A stretch of 64,000 nucleotides of DNA from Neocallimastix sp. 'constans' (taxonomy: Eukaryota): assembly GCA_050613775.1 (NCBI GenBank), contig JBODTK010000001.1:1674001-1738000 (forward strand). Reading direction: 5' to 3'. Below, in pieces: positions 1 to 9,092 of the stretch (positions within the stretch are counted from its first letter, which is position 1; the number at the start of each line of letters is the position of its first letter). Under the pieces are notes generated by a model. That model searched no databases. It was not told where the DNA came from and saw nothing but the letters and a program-made list of their open reading frames with translations. Position numbers and translations under genes: made by a program.

Positions 1-805
1 ACCCTATTTTGTATTTAAATAATTTGAAAATATCAGGTTAAATATATATGAAACTTTATATTCATTAAAATATAAAAAAAAATTAAATATGACTTTATAT
101 ATATTTTTTATTTTAATAATTTATAATGAATAAAGTTTATATTATGAAAAACAAATTAAAAAGCATTAAAAATTTAAAACTATAATTAATTATATTATTT
201 CATATATTAAATAATTTATTAATCTATTATTATTTTATATTAAATTCAAGGGAAAAAGAATAGTCTATATTAAAAGTATTAATTTTTAATTAAAAAAATT
301 TTTTTTTTCTTTTTAGTTTCAATTATTTATCATTATTTTATAATTATGGAATTTTAAAATTTAAATAAAAGTAAAATAATAATATAAAATAAATAGAAAA
401 AAAATTTTTTTATAATATCAATATATTCTATTCAAATATTTATTATATTTATTATATATTATGAATAAAATAGAATAATTGAAATATAATTTGTAATAAA
501 TTTTTTATAATATCTAATATATATGAATTTTTTTCATAATATATTTTTATTTTTTCTATTATAAATATTTTTTGTATAAAATTTTTCATAAATTATATAA
601 ATATAAGCATTTTCCTTTTCATTAATTAGTTAATATTTTAAAAAAAAAAATTTAAAGCCTTTTTTTTAGAATATATAAAAAAAAAAAAAAAATAAATAAA
701 AGTTTATATATATATATTAAGAAAAAAAGAAGGGAGATATACAATAAAATAAAAAAGAATAAAAAATAAAAAAAAAATAAATAATTTAATAAATATTATA
801 TCAAA

Positions 806-2513
806 ATGAATACATATTTATTTGCTGTTTTAGTATTATTAATTCACACAGTTTTCGCTGATGAGTACCCATACAAGTCAACCTTTTACGGTTGTCCAGA
901 TGAATGTAGTACTCAAGAAAGTCCAAAATGTAGTCATGGTCTTCCAAGTAACAATTTCTTTGTTGCTTTAGTAAGTTTATATTTTATTTTGATTTGATAA
1001 AAAAGGAAATGAAATTTTTTGATATAGTTTTTTATTTGAAGGAGTTTGATATTTGTATATGAGGAGTTATTTGTTTATTGTTAAGAAATGTAATAATATA
1101 ATAATTAAATATTGATTTGTATCATTTAATTTATTAAATAATAAAAATTTAGCATCCACGCTATTTCAAGAGCAAGCCATACAAGTACTGTGATAACTAT
1201 TATGTCGGTATGACTATTGATGCCAAGGCCAGTGGTGAATATAAGCTTGGTAAGTTAAAAAAAAAAGTGAAATATATTGATGAAAATAGAATAAATTGAA
1301 GTTATAGTATAAATTGAAGTTTGTTGCTGTAAATAAAAGAATAAAATTAATAAGAAAAATTTAAAAATTTTATAAAAAAATAGTAAGAGCTAAGGTTGTT
1401 GATCAATGTGGTACTTGTGCTGAAACTCAAGTTGATCTTTCTCAAACTGCTTTCGAACATCTTGCTAAGAAGAGCACTGGTGTTATTAACATGATCTACG
1501 TTATTGTTGATGCTGATTCTAAGGAAATTATTGATGGTCCACACTACAATAGTTCAGCTATGAATGCTTTCGCTAAGGCTAAGGGTGTTTCTAAGAGTAC
1601 TATTGTTAACTCTTTCAAACAAGCCGCTAGAGCTATGTCTGGTAGTGAAAAGGGTATGCGTAAGTACCCATGGGAAGATGGAAGCTTTGATGCTGGTAAG
1701 GATGATGAAGATGATCATGAAGAAAAAGAAGAAAAGAAGACTACTCGTAAGAGCACTCGTAAGACCACTACCACTCGTAAGACCACTACTCACAAGGCTA
1801 CTACTCGTAAGACCACTACCACTACTACTGTTGTAAAGAAGACTTCTGCTGTTGTTTTCCCAACTGTTGCTAAGACTTCTGCTGTCGTTTTCCCAACTGT
1901 AGCTAAGACTGCTGAAACTCCAGCTACTCCAATTATTCCACCAAAGAGTGTTAAAGCTATTCCAATTGTTAAACCAAGTACTATTAAGGCTATTCCAATT
2001 ACTAAACCATCAAGTATTCCAGCTATTCCACTTGTTCCAGCTACTTCAGAAGAACCAAAGGAAAAGCCAGTTGAAAAGAAGGAAAAGGAAGAAAAGAAGC
2101 CAAAGGAAGAAGAAAAGCCAGCTCCAGTTGAAGAAGCCGAAATCGATGAATTCGACAAAGAAAATGGTGGTACAGATGCCCCAGTTACTGCTACCGTTTT
2201 TGGTGGAGCTGCTGCTGTTGTAGGTGCTGCTGGTGTTGGTCTTTTAATGTTAAAGCGTAAGAGCCCACAAAAGTACGATGATTTAAAGCAAAAGTTCCCA
2301 GAAGCTTTCGGTACTGTTAAACGTTCAATTACCAGAGGTGCCTCTACCATTAAGCGTGGTGTTAGCCGTAGTGTTAGCCGTCGTAACAACCAACAAGCTA
2401 CCCCATTACCAGCTTCATACACTTTCACTTTAAATACTGAAGATGGTTTACCACGTGTTGCTTTATATGATGATCCATACCCAACTAAGACTCATGGTAA
2501 TCAACACTGGTAA
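806..2513 (+). CDS. Secreted, membrane-anchored DPBB (RlpA-like/loosenin/expansin-like) protein; exons 806-970, 1153-1249, 1384-2513
   Basis: GTAAGT donors at 971 and 1250 and AG acceptors ending 1152 and 1383 splice in frame. The product has a signal peptide (MNTYLFAVLVLLIHTVFA), the DPBB-type motif VRAKVVDQCGTCAETQVDLSQTAFEHLA..TGVINM, a Thr/Pro/Lys/Glu-rich stalk, a hydrophobic helix (VFGGAAAVVGAAGVGLLML) and a basic tail. Confidence 0.85.
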
Positions 2514-3474
2514 ATAAATTAAAAAAATAGAGTATACATAGAATAATATATGTATATAATATAAAAATTACTTTTTTTCTCCCTCTTTTTTTTTTTTTTA
2601 CAAAATAAAAAGAATTAATATTTAATTAAAGTAAATACTAATAGTAATTAAAATTACGTTTTATAAACTAGTTTAATATAATAATAAAATTTGAAAGTTT
2701 CTTTTTAATATTGAAAGAAAAATTTTTTAAAAATAAAATTATTTAATATATTTACTAGGAATAAAAAAAAGTATGAAAAGTATATTTTTTTTTTGTAGAA
2801 AAAAAGATGATAAATATTTTTTGTAATTTTTTTTATAAAATATAAATTAGATAATTGAAATAGACTTAAAAAAAAAAAAAGAGGGAAAATTAATTAAAGA
2901 ACAAACTTTAATTTTTTTGAACTTTTTTTTTTATTTTTAAACTAATTATAATATTACATGTTATGCTTTTAAAAGCTTTATTTTAATTAAATTAATTTTT
3001 TTTATAAAGTTAAAAAAAAAAATTAAAAATATAAATATCAAAAAAACAAAATATATAAATCAAATATAATAATAATTATAAAAAATAAATATAATAATTA
3101 AATTTTAAAAAATATAATAAAATTTAGTTAATTTTCAGAGAGAAAAAAAAATAATTTTTAGAATAAAAAATTTTAGAACAAAAAACGAAAAACAAAAATA
3201 CACATAATTAAACTTAATACTAATAATATAAAAATTATAATATTTTTTTTAATTTTGAATATATATAATAAAATTGTTCTGTTTTAATTCATGTTTTTTA
3301 TATATATATCCTATAAATAAATAATTAAGATATATAAAAATCATAAAGTAATAATTAATAAATAAAAAAACAAACAACAACAAAAACCAAACTAAAATTA
3401 GTGTGAATTAGAATTAAAATTTATGGTATAAAGGAGGAAAAGGAATATATTGTTATTGTTTATTTTGGGATATT

Positions 3475-3475
<1 letters not shown>

Positions 3476-3533
<58 letters not shown>
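3476..3533. repeat. poly(T) tract just upstream of the LINE array
   Basis: Directly visible run of more than 50 T. Confidence 0.9.
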
Positions 3534-3534
<1 letters not shown>

Positions 3535-4350
3535 TTTAATATTAGAAAAAAAGTTGAGGAGTAAATAAAATAATTAAATATATATTGAGGGAATAATATA
3601 CAGGATGTGAATATATGAAATCTCATAACCCTAAAAAAGCTTGGAAATGGCTTAAAACAACAGCAAAAGTAGATAAATTTAAAAATATGTCACCCGAGCA
3701 GGGGTGTACTCGATTTATGTATTTAAATCGCCTGCAAGGGGAATTAACTTTACTCTTATAAAGTAGATCCACAGTACTGGTGCAAAATAGTAGTAAAGTT
3801 ATATTTTGTGTTAATTAATAACATTATGCGCAATGGTAATGTTATTGGTAAAATTTTTCTGGTGAACACTCACTGCGGAATATAATGGTGCATTTTTGGA
3901 ACATTGTTAAATAAGTTACACCCAAGAATTAGTAATACATTTTCATTGTATTTCTATTTTCATGTAGTATTACTATTCTCATGTAAGAATCTATTGTATT
4001 CAATTGTATTTCAACTTTATATTTCATGTATCACGTTGTAAGAGATTGATTCACTCTAAATCTTGTAGTAATTTATTTAACTCTTTACTAATTTTGTGCC
4101 ATTTTATTTCATCAATTCAATCTTAGTCATTAAATACTTTATGATATTCAATTTAAATAATATACTGAAAAAAGTGCTAAATCAAATTATTTTTCAATCA
4201 TTCAACAAACTACTAATTATCGAAATTATTTACTCCAAAAAGATATAAAATTATTACAATTCTCATTATACTCAAGACTTTATAATAAAAATTGACTTTT
4301 TTTTATTTTTTTTTTTTTTAGTTATTAATTTTTAGTTTTTTATTACTATT

Positions 4351-7300
4351 ATGGAAATCCAATTTATAAGAAATAAGAATTTCATTCTAAGAGGTTCAAG
4401 GTGCCACGGTATACCAATGGAGAATACGAAACTGCTCTTTATCCGCGGACTTCGATCTTGGCCAGAAATCAAAATGAGAAGACATTTAAAGAAAACTCTG
4501 AATGAATTAAATGATAAGGTTTTATCAGTTAAACGTATTGCTAATTTTAATGATGCATTCTTTAAAATTAAAATAGTAGGTAATGAAGAAGAATTAACAT
4601 CTATTACTGATTGTATTGTTAATAGTTTCAAACGTGCTTCAATTAACGTTATTAATTGTAGCAAAAGGAATCATAAATACAGTTTTTCTTCACTCAAAAG
4701 GAAACATTTTGCCTTATCAGAAAAAGTGAATTCATCTTATAATATCAACTTATTCACTACTTCAAATTCAAATGCAGATTCAAGTCAAAATTCAAATTCA
4801 AGTTCAAATACAGATTCATGTTCAAGTTCAAGTACAAGCTCAAGTTCAAGTTCAAGTACAAGTTCAAGTACAAGCTCAAGTTCAAGTTCAAGTACAAGTT
4901 TAAGTACAAGTTCAAGTACAGGTTCAAGTTCAAGTTCAAGTCCAAGTTCAAGTACAATTTCAAGTTCAAGTTCAAGTACAAGTTCAAGTACAAGTTCAAG
5001 TTCAAGTTCAAGTTCAAGTACAAGTTCAAGTTCAATTTCAAATTTATGTTTAAATTCAGTTTCAAGCTCAGATTCAAATTCAAATTTCAGTTCAATCAAT
5101 TATAATAATTCCAATAATATTAATAACACTCATATTAATAATAATACAGTTAAAGAATTTTCTCTATGTGTCAGTTGGAATACTAATGGATGGAACTTTG
5201 ATAAAAAAGACAGTGTTGAATTCTTTATTTCAATGTACAAACCACTTTTCTTATGCTTTCAGGAAACAGGAAATGGTTCAGGTTCTAGCAGTAAATATCC
5301 ATGTCGAGTATCATTAAAAAACTACAAACATTTCTTCAAAAAAGCTAATAATGAAATTCCCGGTAAAAGAGGTCTTTATATTGGGTTTCATAATTCTTGT
5401 CAAGCCTCTCTTGAAAACGACACTTATGAGTATATTATTTCCTTGTATACTTATAATTTTTGGAATTTCACTAAATGTTCTATTGGTAATGTGTACGTAC
5501 CTCATAGTGGCCATAGCCTTCATGCTAGAGCTGCTAGAATTGAAATATTGTCTTGGTTAAATAGTCACTCTTCTCATCCTTCAATGTTGGTTGGTGATTT
5601 TAATTTACCTACTGAGAAATTAAGTAATTTGCTCTCTAAATTTAGTAATTGGAAAATTCTTCCCTTATGGGGCTCCCCAATTTCATGGAGTAGAGGTAAT
5701 AGAGAATCTGATATAGATCATGCGATTGTCAATGATCATATGTTAGATTTACTTTCATATGGTACTTTTATTGACTTTCCCCCCATTTCGGATCATAAAC
5801 CTTTATTAATAAAAGGTAAATGTTTTTCATCAGTTAATTCAGATAATTCTTTCTCTCTGCCTAAAAAGACAGTTAAATGGGATAGATTAAAATGTATAAA
5901 TGAAAAAGAATCAATTTTTGACAACAACTATTTTAGTGTATTAGAGGAAGTGATTCCAGATCCTAATATTAGTATTGATGATATTTCAAAGAAATTTATT
6001 TCAACTTCATTCAATATTGCTAAGGAACTTAATATCATGTCAATTTCAGAAGTTCGAAAATCTTTTTTTCATATGTCGCAGAAAATATTTAATTTGCAAA
6101 AACTCAAAATGAAATTATATAAATCCATTAAAAGAAGAGGTTCTTATCATAATTTAGATGAATTTGAAGAATTAATTGATAAATATAATAGAATGTGCAA
6201 AATTATTCATCATATGTGTAATATTTATAGGAAAACTGAATACCAACATTGGATTAATACAGGATGTGAATATATGAAATCTCATAACCCTAAGAAAGCT
6301 TGGAAATGGCTTAAAACAACAGCAAAAGTAGATAAATTTAAAAATATGTCAAATTCTCCAGTAAAGGACAAAAATGGTAAACTAGCTACTTCTACTAAAG
6401 AACAGTTAGAAGTATGGCACAATCACTATAAAAAACTTGCTTCAAGCCATTCTGATATCAATAGTGCATTAATCGAATGGTATAATAAATTTTCCAATGG
6501 AACAATTAGGTATACGAGACACAATGAATGGGATATAAATCAAGACATCAGTATAGAAGAAATTAGAGAAGCAATTTTGGCTACTCCAAATTTTAAAGCT
6601 TCAGGCCCGGATGGAATTCCTATTGAATTTTATAAAGCTTTAATTCCTCCAGATGACGAAAATTCAGTAAATAATTCTTCTTCTGGTTTAAATTGTTTAC
6701 AGAAGATATACTCAAGAATTTGGAATGGAGAATTTCCTAGCTCATGGAATGAAGCAAGTATTATATCTATTCCTAAAAAAGGAGATGATCTATCTGATTG
6801 TGACAATTATCGAGGTATCTCTCTGATTAACAATGGTATTAAACTCATTTCGAAAATAGTCTCCAAAAGAATTTCAGAATATGGACTTAAAAATAATTTT
6901 ATTAGGCCAGAGCAATTTGGATTTCGTACTAAAGAAGAATGTGTTAGTTTATTTATTTCAATTCGAGAAATTTGTCAAAGGCGTAAAAATGATAATAAAG
7001 AAACTTACCTAGCTTTTCTAGATTTAAAAAAGGCATATGATTCTGTTCCAATAGGTAATATTTTATATAAATTAGATGCTTTAGGTATTAGAGGTAAATG
7101 TTATCAATTTATAAAAAATCTATATTTGACATCCAAAGCTAGTGTTAAAATTGATGATCAATATTCGGAATCTTTTAATATTATGAAAGGAGTTAGACAA
7201 GGTTGTCCACTATCACCAATTCTTTTCAATCTTTTTATTAATGACATTTTTAATGATGTTTCAGAACTTGGAATTCCTTTAGGCGAATCTAGATGTTGTG

Positions 7301-8820
7301 GTGGACTCTTTGCAGATGATATTGTTCTATGCGCACCGTCAAGAACTAAGTTGAAAAAAATGCTTAAGAAGGTAAATGAATGGGCTAAATTTAATATGAT
7401 GAATTTTGGAATTAATAAGTGTGCAACGATGGTGATTCGACCAGACACACCTCTTTTTCAAAATAAAAGAGATCCTACTTTTTATCTTGCTGGTCAACCA
7501 ATTCCAATAACTAAATGTTATACCTATTTAGGTATACCATTTGATAAAAGCTTATCGTTGAAACCTATTATTAAATTACTTAACTCTAAAGTAACTAAAT
7601 CTCTCTTTTCTGTTAGTAAATTTCTTTCAAATTCCAAAATTCCTATTCCATTTAAGAAGATTATAATTAACTCTTATGTACTTAGTAAAGTCTCTTACTT
7701 TGCACCTTTACTTGGTTCGAATAAAACGAGAACAAATAATACTCAGAAATTAATTAATAAAGGATTAAGATGGATTGCAGGTATACAAAAAGCCAAATCA
7801 TTTATTAATGTATATTCTATTTCAAAAGATTTACATATTCCTCCATTGTCAGCTAAGTGTGCTTTGTCTCAGGTCAAATGTTTTGATAAATGGAAAAATT
7901 CAAATTGTATTATTTCCTATTTAGTTAATAATATTCCAAAATCTAGAAAATATACATGGACAAAAGAAAGTAGAACTCTTAAACGTAAACTAGAGAAAAG
8001 AGGTAATAACGATAATAAAATCAAGGATTTTTATTGGAAAAGAGATATGAAAATCAATTCTATTAAAGCTGAGTTTTATGACAAAAACAAATTCGAAGAA
8101 ACATCAAAATTTATTAAACTTTGTTATGAATATCCTGATCTTTCATATGGTTTCTATTGGCTATTGAGAGTACGAAGCGGATATAGATTAGATGCTAGAA
8201 TTGCTAAAGCTGCAAAAATAGTAGATCAAATGTGTCCTAATTTTTGTCCCTGTTGTAAAAGTAATAAACAATGGATAAGTCATTGGTTAATTGATTGTCC
8301 CTTTTTCAATCATACTCGTAGTAAAGTTAATGATAAAATTTTATTTTTATATAATGCTTTTTACCGTGGCAACCTAACAAATGATATTGTTAATAGTAAT
8401 AATGATAATAGTAATAGTAATAATAGTAATAGTTATAATAGTAATAATAATATTAGTAATAGTATTTTTAGTAATGTTAGTAATAGTATTGAAAATAATG
8501 TGTATATTGATTCTAGTGTGTGTGAAAAAGTGTTTAATTTCCTTCTTGGAGGTCGAAGTATTAATAACAGTACAAGGGAATGGAAGGATCTATTTAAGTG
8601 CCAGATGAAATCAGGTGCTTATTCTGATACTCCGTTCTTAGTGGTTACTGCGGCACTTCTCCAATCGATTATACCTATTGCTATTGGCCAGCAATGGTCT
8701 TTATTCAATAGGTTCAAATCGAATCGTACTACTACTACCAAGAGCGTCAATGCTGAAGAAACAGTAAGACAGGCCAGCAGGGCTAGCGCAACCAATGAAG
8801 ATCATAATTTTGTATCTTAA
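4351..8820 (+). CDS. Family A polyprotein: N-terminal RRM-like region, Ser linker, APE endonuclease, reverse transcriptase, CCHC zinc finger
   Basis: APE motifs SWNTNG, QET, VGDFN, IDH, SDHKP; RT motifs ASGPDG, NYRGISL, QFGFR, FLDLKKAYDSV, GVRQGCPLSP, LFADD, YLG; C-terminal CPCC..HWLIDC. The clade looks RTE/RTEX-like by motif impression only. Confidence 0.95.
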   Translation: MEIQFIRNKNFILRGSRCHGIPMENTKLLFIRGLRSWPEIKMRRHLKKTLNELNDKVLSVKRIANFNDAFFKIKIVGNEEELTSITDCIVNSFKRASINVINCSKRNHKYSFSSLKRKHFALSEKVNSSYNINLFTTSNSNADSSQNSNSSSNTDSCSSSSTSSSSSSSTSSSTSSSSSSSTSLSTSSSTGSSSSSSPSSSTISSSSSSTSSSTSSSSSSSSSTSSSSISNLCLNSVSSSDSNSNFSSINYNNSNNINNTHINNNTVKEFSLCVSWNTNGWNFDKKDSVEFFISMYKPLFLCFQETGNGSGSSSKYPCRVSLKNYKHFFKKANNEIPGKRGLYIGFHNSCQASLENDTYEYIISLYTYNFWNFTKCSIGNVYVPHSGHSLHARAARIEILSWLNSHSSHPSMLVGDFNLPTEKLSNLLSKFSNWKILPLWGSPISWSRGNRESDIDHAIVNDHMLDLLSYGTFIDFPPISDHKPLLIKGKCFSSVNSDNSFSLPKKTVKWDRLKCINEKESIFDNNYFSVLEEVIPDPNISIDDISKKFISTSFNIAKELNIMSISEVRKSFFHMSQKIFNLQKLKMKLYKSIKRRGSYHNLDEFEELIDKYNRMCKIIHHMCNIYRKTEYQHWINTGCEYMKSHNPKKAWKWLKTTAKVDKFKNMSNSPVKDKNGKLATSTKEQLEVWHNHYKKLASSHSDINSALIEWYNKFSNGTIRYTRHNEWDINQDISIEEIREAILATPNFKASGPDGIPIEFYKALIPPDDENSVNNSSSGLNCLQKIYSRIWNGEFPSSWNEASIISIPKKGDDLSDCDNYRGISLINNGIKLISKIVSKRISEYGLKNNFIRPEQFGFRTKEECVSLFISIREICQRRKNDNKETYLAFLDLKKAYDSVPIGNILYKLDALGIRGKCYQFIKNLYLTSKASVKIDDQYSESFNIMKGVRQGCPLSPILFNLFINDIFNDVSELGIPLGESRCCGGLFADDIVLCAPSRTKLKKMLKKVNEWAKFNMMNFGINKCATMVIRPDTPLFQNKRDPTFYLAGQPIPITKCYTYLGIPFDKSLSLKPIIKLLNSKVTKSLFSVSKFLSNSKIPIPFKKIIINSYVLSKVSYFAPLLGSNKTRTNNTQKLINKGLRWIAGIQKAKSFINVYSISKDLHIPPLSAKCALSQVKCFDKWKNSNCIISYLVNNIPKSRKYTWTKESRTLKRKLEKRGNNDNKIKDFYWKRDMKINSIKAEFYDKNKFEETSKFIKLCYEYPDLSYGFYWLLRVRSGYRLDARIAKAAKIVDQMCPNFCPCCKSNKQWISHWLIDCPFFNHTRSKVNDKILFLYNAFYRGNLTNDIVNSNNDNSNSNNSNSYNSNNNISNSIFSNVSNSIENNVYIDSSVCEKVFNFLLGGRSINNSTREWKDLFKCQMKSGAYSDTPFLVVTAALLQSIIPIAIGQQWSLFNRFKSNRTTTTKSVNAEETVRQASRASATNEDHNFVS
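4760..5092 (+). repeat. (AGTTCA/AGTACA)n hexamer tandem repeat encoding the poly-Ser/Thr linker of the family A ORF
   Basis: Directly visible; it accounts for the low-complexity ORFs in other frames and on the other strand. Confidence 0.95.
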
Positions 8821-9052
8821 AATTATGATTAACATTGCGAAGTCAAAGTTAATTATTATACTTCAGTATAATAATGCCCTTGTGAAGTCTTACAAATATT
8901 AATTAAATGAAACTAGAATATATTATACCATTATTTTATTTTTATTTTGTGTTTTATTTTTTGTTTATTTTTTTATCTTTTTTTTTTTTATTATTTTATT
9001 ACATGTATTTTATCAAATATTTAATTAATAAAGATGAAACAAGTTTGCTGCC

Positions 9053-9089
<37 letters not shown>

Positions 9090-9092
<3 letters not shown>

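Larger units (their letters stand above)
3693..9089 (+). mobile_element. Full-length family A non-LTR retrotransposon (LINE)
   Basis: ~660-nt 5' leader, one 1489-aa ORF, 3' UTR with AATAAA, poly(A) 9056-9089; flanked by AAAAATATGTCA at 3681-3692 and 9085-9096. Confidence 0.93.

Noticed and set aside
1554..2428. Overlapping ORFs in the first gene (also within GH74 and the tetraspanin)
   Set aside because: Shadow frames of biased-codon genes.
4757..5105. LN-, LE- and FK-repeat ORFs
   Set aside because: Alternative-frame and antisense readings of the AGTTCA repeat within the LINE ORF.
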